Below, in pieces: positions 1 through 56,373 of a stretch of DNA of 64,000 nucleotides. The notes below the pieces were generated by a model. That model searched no databases and was not told the DNA's origin. It worked only from the letters and a program-made list of their open reading frames with translations. The number at the start of each line of letters is the position of its first letter. Within the stretch, counting starts at the first letter, position 1. The position numbers and the translations under genes are program-made. This DNA is from the human T2T-CHM13v2.0 reference genome, Homo sapiens. The stretch lies in NCBI RefSeq assembly GCF_009914755.1, contig NC_060931.1. The stretch is one strand, 5' to 3'.

Positions 1-81
1 GGGAGGCCGAGGTGGGTGGATCACCTGAGGTCAGGAGTTCGAGACCAGCCTGGCCAACATGGTGAAACCTCATCTCTACTA

Positions 82-243
<162 letters not shown>

Positions 244-436
244 TCAGAAAAAAAAAAAAAAAAAGGCCGGGTGTGGTGGCTCATACCTGTAATCCCAGCA
301 CTTTGGGAGGCCCAGGCGGGCAGCTCACCTAAGGTCCGACAGTTTGAGACCAGCCTGACCAACATGGAGAAACCTCACCTCTACTAAAAATAAAAAATTA
401 GCTGGGCATGGTGGTGCATGCCTGTAATCCCAGCTA

Positions 437-547
<111 letters not shown>

Positions 548-588
548 TCAAAAAACAAACAAACAACCACAACAAAAAAGTTCTTTTA

Positions 589-957
<369 letters not shown>

Positions 958-1329
958 TTAGCTGAGTACAGTGGCACATGCCTATAGTCCTGACTACTCA
1001 GGAGGCTGAGCTGGGAGAATAGCTACAACCCAGGAGTTTGAGGCTGCAGTGAGCTATGATCGCACCACTGTGCTCCAGCCTGGGTGACAGAGTGAGACTA
1101 ATTTTCTAAAAAACAAAAACACTGAAGATGAAGAAATAGCGACTAAGGACATGGGGCGACCTGCATGAAATCCCACTACTGCAAGTGGGGAGAGCTGAGA
1201 CTTGAAGCTCGGGTTCCTGACCCCACCCCGTATGCTCTTCCCACGCGATGAAGCTGGCTCTCTGTTCTGTGCCTGCTCCCCAGCCCCAGCCTCTCGTGGT
1301 CCCAGACGCCAATACCCCTCCTTGCCCAC

Positions 1330-7035
<5,706 letters not shown>

Positions 7036-7109
7036 GTTGGTGGAACCACTGCCACCTCAGCTAGTGAGTACGCGGGCGCCCGCACGGCTCTGCCGGGCCG
7101 CGCACGCAC

Positions 7110-7760
7110 GCGGGGGCGCGGCCTGGCCGTTGGGGAGCCTCAAGCGGCTGGGCCTGGCCGTTAGAGCGCCTGGGGGCGGAGCCTGGTTGTTACAACGCCT
7201 TCAGGGCGGGGCCTGGCCGTTAAAGCACCTCAAGGGGTGGGGCCCGGCTGTTGTGGCGCTCGAGGGGCGGGGCCTGGTTGTTAGAGCGCTTTGAAGGCGG
7301 GGCCTGGCCGTTAGAGCATCTCGAGGAGCGCAGCCTGGTTATTAGAGCAAGTCGAGGGGCGGAGCCTGGGTTAGAGCGCCTCGAGGGGCCGCGCCGGGTT
7401 GTTAGAGCGCCTCGAGGGGACGAACCCAGAGGCAGAGCGTCTCGAGGGGCGGGACCTGGTTGTTAGAGCGCCTGGAGGGACAGACTACGTTAGAGCGTCT
7501 CGAGGGGCGGGGCCTGGAGTTAGAACGGCTCCAGGGGCGGGGCCTGGAGTTAGAGCATCTCCACCCGCCGAGCCTAGTTATTAGAGCGCCTCGAGAGGCA
7601 GAGTCTGGAGTTAGCGCGTCTCGAGGGGCGGGGCTGGGTTGTTAGAGCGTCTCGAGGGGCAGAACCCGGAGGTAGAGTGTCTCGAGGGGCGGGGCCTGGA
7701 AGTAGAACATCTCGAGGGGCAGGGCTCGACCCTTGGTGCGTTTCGAGGGGCGGGTCGCCT
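7110..7760 (+). repeat. Degenerate ~30-bp GC-box minisatellite (~21 units) upstream of TBL2
   Basis: Consensus approx. TTAGAGCGYCTCGAGGGGCGGGGCCTGG(TT)G recurring every 29-31 nt. Confidence 0.9.
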
Positions 7761-8375
7761 GGCGGTTGAGATTGCAGGGCTGCGGAGGGCGGAGGAAGGC
7801 GGGATTTGCGATCACTGCTCACGCCTCCTCCTGAAGAACTCACTGATAATTGTTTATTAAAGGCATTATTCCAGCCATCACCACACTGGATCCTTTCAAG
7901 GAAGCGGGGCGGGGATTATTATTACCATTTAACGGATAGGAAACTCAGCATCAGCGAAAGTTCAGATGGGCTTTTACTTTTACTGCTGGTGGAGAAAAGG
8001 AAGAGTAGGCCAGGCGCGTGGAGTGGAACAGCCTCCGCAAAGACCTGAGAAGCTGGGATGTGGGAAATGGCTAGAGGGGCGGAAAGGTCTGGGGGACGTT
8101 GAGCGCTGGCTCCATCCAACAAGCTGCTCATTACAGGGAGAGGTGGGGCAAAAGCTGTGTCTGAGGATTCCCTGGATGGACCTTTGTGTGAAAAGACCAA
8201 AATCAGAAAACCGGCAGTGGCTTCAAGGATCCGAGAGGGAGGTGACGAGGGCCTGGATTTGGGGCTGGCCTGGCAAGTCGAAAGTTAAAAGGGAGAATTT
8301 TTAATAGAAAACTTATTTTATTTATTTATTTATGTATTTACTTTTGAGACGGTTGCCCAGGTTGGAGTGCAGTGA

Positions 8376-8552
<177 letters not shown>

Positions 8553-8599
8553 TGATCCACCTGCTTCGGCCTCCCAAAGTGCTGGGATTACAGGCGTGA

Positions 8600-8779
<180 letters not shown>

Positions 8780-8860
8780 TAGCATGCCCCGCTAATTTTT
8801 TGTATTTTTTAGTAGAGACGGGGTTTCGCTATATTGGTCAGGCTGGTCTTGAACTCCTGA

Positions 8861-9192
<332 letters not shown>

Positions 9193-9195
9193 TGA

Positions 9196-9339
<144 letters not shown>

Positions 9340-9347
9340 TGAGGTCA

Positions 9348-9581
<234 letters not shown>

Positions 9582-10251
9582 TCAAAAATAAATATAAAAT
9601 AAATAAAAAAAGAAAGAAAGAAGAAAACTTCTTTTAAAATAATTACAGCCGCCAGGCACAGTGGCTAAAGCCTGTGATCCCCAACACTTTGGGAGGCCAA
9701 GGTGGGAAGATTGCTTGAGCCTAGCAGTTCAAGACCAGTCTGGGCAACATAGCAAGACCCCATCTCTATAAAATAAATAAATAGGCTGGGTGTGATTGCT
9801 CACACCTGTAATCCCACCACTTTGGGAGGCCCAGATTTTAGCCCAGGAGCTTGAGCCCAGCCTGAGCAACATAGTGAAACCCCGTCTCTACCAAAAACTA
9901 CAAAAATTAGACGAGCGTGGTGGCACATGCCTGTGGTCCCAGCTACTTGGGAGGCTGAGGCAGAAGGATCACTTGGACCCGGGAGGTGGTTTTGCAGTGA
10001 GCCGTGATTGCATCACTGCACTGCAGCCTGGGTGAGGGTGAGACTCCGTTTCAAAAAAAAAAAAAAAAAAGTTAAGGCTGGGCACGGTGGCTCATGCCTG
10101 TAATCCTAGCACTTTGGGAGGCTGAGGCAGGCGGACCACCTGAGGTCAGGAGTTCGAGACCAGCCTGGCTAACATGGTGAAACCCTGTCTCTACTAAAAA
10201 TACAAAAATTAGCCTGGCATAGTGGTGCGCACCTGTAATCCTAGCTACTCA

Positions 10252-10371
<120 letters not shown>

Positions 10372-11368
10372 TTAGCCAGACATGGTGACACGTGCCTATA
10401 GTCCCAGCTAACTGGCAGGCTGAGGTGGCAGAATCACCTGAGTCCGGGAGGTCGAGGCTGTAGTGAGCTGTGATCGTGCCACTGCACTGCAGCCTGAGCA
10501 ACAGAGTAAGACCCTGTCTCAAAAAAAAAAAAAAAAAAAAGATATAAAGATGCACAGTGGTTTGAAAAAGTGAACAGGGAGGTCTCATGGACTCTTCCTC
10601 TCAGTTTCCTCCAGTAGTAACATCTTGCATAACTGCAGTGTAATATCAAAACCAGGAACTTGACATTGATGCTATCTACAGAACTTATTCAAATTCCACC
10701 AACAAGGAGACAATCTGAAAGACTTATTGGTAGAATTTGGGTTGAACAGTCATGCTCCGTGGGTGTCCCAGTCCCAAAGCCCAGAGTGAGTCGAAGTACC
10801 AGAGTTGGAGATTCCTGCTGCAAACATTTCCATCCCCACCCAGGAGCCTGCCTTCCTGACAGTCCAGGCCCTTCGGCAATAAAGGACCCTCTGAGAACAG
10901 TGGCCGCTGCAGAGGCTAGATGACAGACAGACACACCCACAATCTTGGGGGAGGAAATGGATCCAGTCAGAGAGCAAATGGAGCAGCCTCATTTCCTTCC
11001 CTTTTGTCCTTTGCGGGAAACTGGCATTGACTCAGCTGTGGGCAGTGGGGTAGGGAGGGGTGCGAGGGGGTGTCTAGAGCATCCTGAGGCTTGTCCTCCC
11101 TATCTTGCTACTTAGGACTGTGGGCCCAGCCATAAGCCACTTTCTTCACACCATCTACAGACAAGCTACACTTTTCAAAGTATTTATTTATTTATTTATT
11201 TTGAGACAGAGTCTCACTGTGTTGCCCAGGCTGGAATGCAATGGCATGATCTCGGCTCACTGCAACTTCCGCCTCCCGGGCTCAAGTGATCCTTCTGCCT
11301 CAATCGATCATCCTGCCTCAGCTCCCAAGTAGCTAGGACTACAGGCATGCACCATCACACCCAGCTAA

Positions 11369-11518
<150 letters not shown>

Positions 11519-11555
11519 TAAGAAGAATTTCATTTACCAAGCATTTTGCATGTGA

Positions 11556-11786
<231 letters not shown>

Positions 11787-12312
11787 TAGAACTCCTGGCC
11801 TCAAGCAATCCTCCCGCCCTCAACCTCCCAAATTGCTGGGATTACAGGAGTGAGCCACTGCACCTGTTTGATCCAGGAGCTTTGCGTTTCATTTCACTTG
11901 CTCACATTCCCTTCTCACAGATGAGGAGACTGATGCTTTAGGAAGTTAAGTGACTTTCCCAAGGTCATACAGGTGGAGAGTGAGCCTGGGGACAAATACA
12001 TGTCCTGTCTGGCTGCAATCTGTGGATGTGGGGTAAGAGGAAGAAAGAGTAGCCTCTCTTTGTACAGCTCAGTTGAGGCTACCAAATTCTTTCATATCCT
12101 TGAATTCAGTTGGCCTTTAAGACAGGCCATGTTATAATTTTAATTTTTAAGCAGATGGAGAGAAACACTAGGCTTACATCAAATAATATGCCCAAGGTCA
12201 ACAAGGAAGCAAGGGAAATAACCCAGGTCTACTACAGGATCCATACTCGGGCAGGGCACTGTGGCTCACGCCTGTAATCCCAGCACTGTGGGAAGCTGAG
12301 GCAGGAGAATCA

Positions 12313-12789
<477 letters not shown>

Positions 12790-13582
12790 CTACATGGAAA
12801 GCGAGAACCAGCCGAGGTACGGAGGTGGAAGTAACTGATTCTGACTGGGCACGGTGGCTCATGCCTGTAATCCCAGCACTTTGGGAGGCCGAGGTGGGTG
12901 GATCATCTTGAGGTCAGGAGTTCAAGACCAGCCTGACCAATATGGTGAAACCTTGTCTCTACTAAAAATACAAAAATTAGCCAGGCGTGGTGGTACGCGC
13001 CTGTAGTCCCAGCTACTCAGGAGACTGAGGTGGGAGAATCACTTGAACCCAGGAGGAAGAGGTTGCAATGAGCCAAGATTGTGCCACTGCACTCCAGCCT
13101 GGGCGACAGAACAAGACTCCATCAAAAGAAAAAAAAATAGAAGTAAATAAGGAGACAGGAGGCCAGGCACAGCGACTCATGCCTATAATCGCAGCCTGTG
13201 GGAGGCTGAGGCAGGAGGATCACTTGAGGCCAGGAGTTTGAGACCAGCCTGGGCAAAGTAGCAAAACTCCATTTGTATAAAAAAAATTAGCCAGGTGTGG
13301 TGGTGCACACCTCTAGTCCCAGCTACTCAGGAGGCTAAGGCAGGAGGAGGATCGCTTGAGTCCAGGAGTTCAAGGCTGTGGGTAAGCTATGATCGTGCCA
13401 CTGCACTCCAGCCAGGCAACAGACCTGTCTCAAAAAAAAGAAAATTGAGAGGCCAAGGCAGGCAGGTCACTTGAGGCAGGAGTTCGAGACCAGCCTGGCC
13501 AACATGATGAAACTCTGTCTCTACTAAAAATACAAAAAGTTAGCCAGGCATGGTGGTGCACATCCGTAATCCCAGCTACTCA

Positions 13583-13762
<180 letters not shown>

Positions 13763-14050
13763 TCACACCTTTCAAGAGCAAAGCAAGATGAGTCCCAGGT
13801 ACCACTGGAGATTGAAGACTTTTAGGGATGTGAGGGGAGGGAGGCTATGGAGAGAAATGAGGCTGGAGGGAAAGCAGGGTTGGATCACAAAGCACCTCGA
13901 ACACCTGCCCTGAAGCCTGGCCTTGTCAGAGGCAAACAGTAGCCAAAGAAACAACTGAAGCACACGAGCTCCAACTTGTATTGTCTGGAGTCCTCCCTAC
14001 CTCTGGCCTCTCTACATTAGGTGAAATGGTAACTTTCCACCTTGTTTAAG

Positions 14051-14695
<645 letters not shown>

Positions 14696-14811
14696 ATTTA
14701 AACTAATTTGAACCCCTACATGTAATTTGCAGCTCAAAGCCTCTATTACAGTGGTTCTTGACCATGGCTCCATATTGGAATCACTTTGAAGATGCTGATG
14801 TCTAAACATCA

Positions 14812-14955
<144 letters not shown>

Positions 14956-15174
14956 TTAAAAATTAGCCAGGCCTGGTGGTGCATGCTTGTGATCCCAGCG
15001 TTTGGCAGGGGCTGAAGTGAGAGGATCACTTGAGCCCAGAAGGTTGAGGCTGCAGTGAGCTGCGTTTGCACCACTGCACTCTGGTCTGGGTGACAGGATG
15101 AAACCCTGTCTCAAAAAAAAAAAAAAAAAAAAAAAGTAAAGCCACCACGTTTATTTTATTTTATTTGTTTTTGA

Positions 15175-15450
<276 letters not shown>

Positions 15451-15489
15451 TAGCTGGAACTATGGGCGCCTGCCACCAAGCCTAGCTAA

Positions 15490-15672
<183 letters not shown>

Positions 15673-17089
15673 TAAGGGATACAGGAGGCTAATGCACATG
15701 TATGGAAGAGGCGATGTCCTATTGGACCAGGGCGGTGGCTATGAAGGTAGATGTTCAATTGGCCAGGCTTCCGTCCTCAGTGACAGCTAGCGCAGGGCAG
15801 CGGGGTGTGTGGAGGAGCTGAAGATGATGGTTTCCAGCTTGCACAAGTGTCCGGGTGGTGGTGCCTGTGCCAGGGCTGGGGCACACTTGGAGGACCAGGT
15901 TTGAGTGGGAAGATTATGGAAGTGGTGAGTTCTGTATTGGGATCCGTCAGTGTTAAGGGAGCTGCGGAGCGCTCAGAGGGAGAAGTTAGGGTGATGGTCG
16001 GACATGTAGTTGTGTAGCTCTGGGGAGACAGCGAGGCAGATACAGAGTCGGGGTCCTCTGCAGAGAGGCTGAAGGGGATGAGATGGCCTGGGGCTTGCCA
16101 GAGAGCAAGAAGGGAATGGCTAAGGAAGGGACAGGCCTAGAAAGAGGCTCACACAGCAGGACCTGGGAGGGCATTGGCAGGGAGGAGGAAAGGAGAGCTT
16201 GGCAAGAATTCTGTTTTGTTTTTTGTATTTTTGAGACAGGGTCTCTCTCTGTCGCCCAGGCTGGAGTGCAGTGGCGCAATCATAGCTCACTGCAGCCTCG
16301 AACTCCTGGGCTCAGCCTCCCGAGTAGCTGGGGGTACAGGCCCATGTCATAACACCCAGCTAATTTTTTTGTAGAGATGGGGTCTCACTATGTTGCCCAG
16401 GCTGGTCTCTAACTCCTGGCCTCAAGCAATCCTCCCGCCTTGGCCTCCCAAAGTGCTGGGATTACAGGCATGAGCCACCGAGCCTGGCCGAGAATTCTGG
16501 ACTCCCAGGGAAAGAGTGGTTTAAGACGGAGGCCCAAGGGCCGCAGAAAAACCAGAATAGCACTATGAAGCAGGCACTGGATTTCGCAAGGAGCGGGTCA
16601 GTCAGAGGTGAGCTCAGTGACAGCAGAGTCAGCGCAGGGGTGAAGCTGGGGTGTGAGGGTGGAGGAGGAGCCCAAACGTGGGGAGCCAAGAGGGGAGAGG
16701 GAAGAGAGGAGGGAGAGTGAGCACGTGTAGATGACTCTTTCAAGGGAAGAAGCCATCTGGAAGGGACACGGGGTCAAGGGGATGTTTGATGGGGAACTTC
16801 TGGCCGCGTGGGAGTGAAAACAGCAGCGTATACACTGCCTGGACCCTCCCTTGCGGTGAGCCACGGCCAGCCTGTCTGCAGCAGCAAAGAGCATGCGTGA
16901 AAGGCTGGGCGCACCTGCCACCGTCACAGCAGAGAAGCGGCCAACGGCAGACGAAGGCAGTTGGGTGGGCACTGCTGGGCTGCTTACCAGCCCAGCAAGC
17001 TGAGTCAAGGGACCGAAACTGTCTGTGTCTCAGTTTCTCACCCGTAAAATGGGGATGCTGATAATTATTACAACTCATTCTCATTCTTA

Positions 17090-19345
17090 CATAGTGTTAT
17101 ATATTTATAATATATATTATATATAATGTATATAATTATATAATATATATAAAATATATATAATGCCCTGTAGCTTCCATGCCTCGGTTCCAGCTCTGCC
17201 TTCTTCTAACTCTGAATAATAACTATATATTATATATATTATAATATATAATTATATATTATATATATTATAATATATAATTATATATTATATTATATAT
17301 TATAATATATAATTATATATTATAATATATATAATATAATATATAATTATATATTATATTATATATTATATATAATTTATATGATATATATTATAAATTA
17401 TATATATTATCTATTATATATAATTATATTTATATGTATTTAATACGTATATATAATTATATTGTATATTTATAATATATAATTATATATTACATATTAT
17501 ATATTATACATATATACTATATTATAATTATGTATTTATATCGTAATATATGATTATATTAATTATAATATATAATAAATTATATTATATATTTATAATA
17601 TATTTATACATTATAAACAAATATGTACTTTATTTGTTAAAGTATATATTATATATAATTTATAGATAAATTAGATATAAATTAAATATAATATATTTAA
17701 CTTATATATTATATATAATCTATATATTATAAACAATATATTTTATATATTTATATATTTATATTTATTATATATTTATATTATAAATGTATTTATATTA
17801 TAAATACATTTATAATATAAATATAAACTACATTTATAATATAAATACATTTATAATATAAATATAAAATACATTTATAATATAAATATAAAATACATTT
17901 ATATTATAAATATAAAATACATTTATATTATAAATATAAAATACATTTATATTATAAATATAAAATACATTTATATTTATTAATATAAAAATAAAATATA
18001 TTTATATTTATTAATATAAAAATAAAATATATTTATATTTAATATAAAAATAAAATATATTTATATTTAATATAAAAATAAAATATATTTATATTTAATA
18101 TAAAAATAAAATATATTTATATTTAATATAAAAATAAAATATATTTATATTTAATATAAAAATAAAATATATTTATATTTATTATAAAAATAAAATATAT
18201 TTATATTTATTAATATAAAAATAAAATATATTTATATTTATTAATATAAAAATAAAATATATTTATGTTTATTGATATAAATATAAATATATTTATATAG
18301 TTTTATTGATATAAATATAAAATATATTTATATAGTTTTATTGATATAAATATAAAATATATTTATATAGTTTTATTAATATAAATATAAAATATATTTA
18401 TATAGTTTTATTAATATAAATATAAAAATATATTTATATGGTTTTATAAATATAAAAATATATTTTTATAAAATGTAATATATTTATATATTATAAATAT
18501 AAAACTATATAGTTATAAAATGTAATATATTTATATATTATAAATATAAAACTATATATTTATAATATATAAAGATTATATATAATATATAAAGTATATT
18601 GTATATAAAGATTTATATAATATATAAAGTATATTGTATATAAATATTATATATAATATATAAAGTATATTGTATATAAAGATTGTATAGGTTATACAAA
18701 TTGTAATATATAAATTAATGTAATATTATATATTATATATAAAGATTATATAGATATGGCTGGGCGCAGTGGCTCACGCCTGTAATCCCAACACTTTGGG
18801 AGGCCAAGGCAGACGGATCACGAGGTCAGGAGATCGAGACCATCCTGGCTAACACGGTGAAACTCCGTCTGTACTAAAAATACAAAAAATTAGCCAGGCG
18901 TGGTCGTGGGCAACTGTAGTCCCAGCTACTGGAAGGCTAATGCAGAAGAATGGTGTGAACCCGGGAGGCGGAGCTTGCAGTGAGGTGAGATCCCGCCACT
19001 GCACTCGAGCCTGGGTGACAGAGCGAGACGCCGTCTCAAAAAAAAAAAAAAAGATTATATAGATATATAGATTAACATATAATTATTTAATCTTTATTCT
19101 CTATATAAAAATTTATATATAATCTATATCTTTATATGTAGAATATATATTAACTCATACATATTTTATATAAACTATAAATATAATATAATATATAAAA
19201 ATATATTAAATATAATGTATAAATATAATCTTTGTATATTATTAAACATAATATACAAACATAATATATATATAATATATAATTATTATCCCCATTTTAC
19301 AGATTTATAAATATATGTATAAATCTGTAAATCTCTATATGTGTA
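17090..19345. repeat. ~2.3-kb AT-rich low-complexity expansion with internal ~24-35-bp tandem units
   Basis: Almost pure A/T apart from an Alu and a short fragment at ~17165-17215; units such as AATATAAAAATAAAATATATTTATATTT (~17980-18260) and ATAAATATAAAATACATTTATATT (~17880-17975). Confidence 0.97.
18758..19050 (+). mobile_element. AluY-like element inserted in the AT-rich tract
   Basis: Full-length Alu with Y-type diagnostics (GAGATCGAGACCATCCTGGCTAACACGG, GGAGCTTGCAGTG); TSD AAGATTATATAGATAT at 18742-18757 and 19051-19066. Confidence 0.9.
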
Positions 19346-20092
19346 TATTTACCCTTTTAGGTTCTCACAGCAAGCCTACGAGGTAGGTGTTGTGAGGATT
19401 AAGTGAGTTAATATACATAAAGTGGCCAGGTGTGGTGGTTCATGCCTGTAATCTCAGCACTTTGGGAGGCCAAGGCAGGAGGATCCCTTGAGCTTGGGAG
19501 CTGAAGACCAGCCTGGGGAACTTAGTGAGAACTTGTCTCTACTAAAAATAAAAATAACAACAACAACAAAAATCTAAAGTGCTTATAGGAGTGCTTGGCA
19601 CATAGTCCATACTAGATCTGCGGGCAGCGATTCTCCTTCTTCTTATGCACGAACGAGAGAAACTGAAAACCTATGGAAGATACTTTAGGCTGTTTAAATC
19701 CTGCAAATGGGCCAGGCACGGTGGCTGCCACCTGTAATCCCAGCACTTCAGGAAGCCTAAGGCCAAGGTGGGAGGATCACTTGCGGTAGGGAGTGTGAGA
19801 CCAGCCTGGGCAACATAGCAAGACCCTGTCTCTATGAAAAATAAACATGAATACATCAGTCCTGCAAATGTCTCCAGAAGGTCTGAAACGTGAGAGGATT
19901 CCAACATGCCAGGCTGGAATGTCAGCTCCACAAAGAGAGAGATACTGTAGTGAACAGCATCTGCAGAGCCAAGACCACAGCCTAGTCCATAGCAGGCACT
20001 CAGTAAATATTGGGGCCTCTGAGGCCTTCTACCCCAGCCCCATCTGAAGGATCAGTTTTTTTATTTTTTGTTTTTATGTTTTTTTGAGATGA

Positions 20093-20230
<138 letters not shown>

Positions 20231-21097
20231 TAATTTTTTTTGTATTTTTAGTAGAGACGGGATTTCACCAAGTTGGCCAGGCTGGTCCGGAACTCCTGAC
20301 CTCAGGTGATCTACCTGCCTCGGCCTCCCAAAGTGTTGGGTGGCGTGAGCAACCGCACAGGCCGCTGTCAGTTTTTTCTAAGACATCCCAACTAAGTGGC
20401 CATCCACTCTCTGCATGCATACCTCTCATAGCGGGGAGGTCACTACCCTCCATACCTGCCCCGCCAAGGGAGCACATTCTCCTTCTGGGTGGTTCCAGTG
20501 GATGCCCTGTCGGTTCCACTCCTTGGTCCCAGCTCTGCCTTCTTCCAACTCTGAAGGTAGCGAGCCTCTCCAAACTGTCTCCTGGCCATGGAGGGAGGAG
20601 CTCCAGGAAGCAAATCTATCACCTCTCACCTGGATGACTGCAACTGTCCTCTAACTGGTCTCCCTGCATCCACCTAGTCTCAACTCAGCACCCAGGGGAT
20701 TCCTGTAAAAAAGTTACATCTGGCCAGACGCCATGGCTCATGCCTGTAATCCTGGCACTTTGGGAGGCCAAGGCGGGAGCATTGCTTGAACCCAAAAGTT
20801 CAAGACCAGCCTGAGTAGCTGGGATTACAGGCGTGTGTCAGCACATGTGGCTAATTTTTGTATTTTTAGTAAAGACCGGGTTTTGCCATATTAGCCAGGC
20901 TGGTCTCGAACTCCTGACCTTGTGATCTGCCTGCCTCGGCCTCCCAAAGTGCTGGGATTACAGGCGTGAGCCACCACACCCGGCTGCTGACTCTATTCTT
21001 ATAAGAAAAATTTTTTTGTCTGGGCGCGGCAGCCTCACACCTGTAATCCCAGCACTTTGGGAGGCTGAGGAGGGCAGATCACAAGGTCGGGAGTTCA

Positions 21098-22373
<1,276 letters not shown>

Positions 22374-22735
22374 TGAGCCCCCGGAGTTGCCAGCCTAGGC
22401 CCCCAATGTCACAGCTGCCAAGGCCTGGGGGTCATCTGCTGATTGAACCTTCCCCATCCCCATTTTGCAGATTGAAACACAGCAGTCCAAAGACAGCGGA
22501 CGAGTCACCCAAGGTCACGGTGCTGGAGCACAGTGGCAGAGCAGGGACGGGGACTCTGCTCTTCTTGACCTCCAGGAGGTGGCAAGTGTGAAACCTGGAC
22601 CCTGCTCCACCCCCCAGGGAAGGGCAGAGCCAGGGCCTGGGGCAGGAAGGGAGTGCCCAGAGATGATCCCTGGAGCCCGTGCCCAGGGAAAGCAGCCCCC
22701 AGGGCAGCTGAGTGAGCAGCAGGGTCTGGCCAGGA

Positions 22736-53399
<30,664 letters not shown>

Positions 53400-53542
53400 G
53401 GCTGTCGCCGCCGCAACCGCCTGGTCCCTGCTCCGCGCAGCGCGGGGAACAGCTCTTGGCCAGCCGGGCCTCATTAACATAGCCCCGCCCCCACACCATA
53501 GGCCGATCGGGTGGGCGGGGCCTGGGACGGGGCGGGGCTTGT

Positions 53543-53550
53543 ATTAGCAT
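53543..53550 (-). promoter_or_regulatory. POU/Oct-1-type site ATGCTAAT in the ChREBP proximal promoter
   Basis: ATTAGCAT on +; I recall an Oct-1-binding ATGCTAAT element described in the ChREBP promoter. Confidence 0.65.
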
Positions 53551-53801
53551 AATCCTTACGCCAGGTGAGAACCCGGTGCTCTGGAGCTCTGGCGGGTTGG
53601 CCCCATCTCCCTTCCCGTCTTTCCTTGGAGTCCTGATAGAGCCGCCCCTACTTTGCTCCAAAGGGATATTAAGAAAGGTCAGGCCGGACGCCAGGGGCTC
53701 TTGCCTGTAATCCTAGCACTTTAGGAGGCCAAGGCGGGAGGATGGCTTGAGGTCAGGAGTTCGAGACCAGCCTGAGCAATATGGCAAGACCCCCATCTCT
53801 A

Positions 53802-54201
<400 letters not shown>

Positions 54202-54706
54202 CTAACTCCTGCCCTTCACCTCCAACCCCCGCCCCCCATATTAGCTCTTCTGGGTCCTCCACATAGGTAGAAGCCCCCAACTCTCAGGGGCCTGATGTGG
54301 TAAGCCCAAGGTAATGCCCCTGAAGGGCCTGGCCCACAGGAGGTTGCTAACACCTCTAGTTAACATGGTGGCCAACACGGTGGCCGGGCGCGGTGGCTCT
54401 CGCCTTCAATCCTAGCACTTTGGGAGGCCATGGTGGGTGGGTCACTTGAGGCCAGGAGTTCGAAACCAGCCTGGCTAACATGGAGAAACCCCTTCTCTAC
54501 TAAAAATACAAAAATTACCGGATGTGACGATGCGTGCTTGGCTTATAATCCCAGCTACTCGGGAGGCTGAGGTGGAAGAATCACATGAGCCCAAGAGGTG
54601 GAGGTTGCAGTGAGCCGAGATCGCGCCCTACTGCACTCCACCCTGGGCAACAGTGAAATCCTGTTTCAAAAACAAAATAAAATACTTAAGAAAAAATATA
54701 TATTAA

Positions 54707-55486
<780 letters not shown>

Positions 55487-55899
55487 TGAGGACAGAAACC
55501 AGACTGAGGCATTCACACCTGACACCTCACTGGAGCGTTTAACTAACAGCCTCAAAGATGGGTTCAGAGGCACAGGAGAGCAAAAACACACCCAAGCATC
55601 TCTGAGGGGCAGCAGCAAAGCCTGGTCTAGTAGATTTCCAGATTTCCCCCAAGGATGTCCCTAGTGGGTGGGGACAGGAAAGAGTTGTAGGCACATGCTA
55701 AGCTCTGCTGGCTTTCTGACAGGTATCCTGTGTGTGGTCATGTTAGGGAAAGCGGAGGAGGTGGTTTCCCATGTGTGGCAGCCTTGGAAAAGGTTGACAT
55801 GCAGCACTTTCTTCCAGCCCACAGGAGGATCACACAGCACCTAGGATCACAATGGCAGTGCCCTGAGGGCCCCAGCCACTGGCTGTGGGAGGAAAGTGA

Positions 55900-56373
<474 letters not shown>

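Noticed and set aside
7110-7760. CRISPR-like regularly spaced ~30-bp repeats
   Set aside because: Units are head-to-tail and degenerate with no unique spacers, no cas genes are present, and the context is a human promoter; this is a minisatellite.
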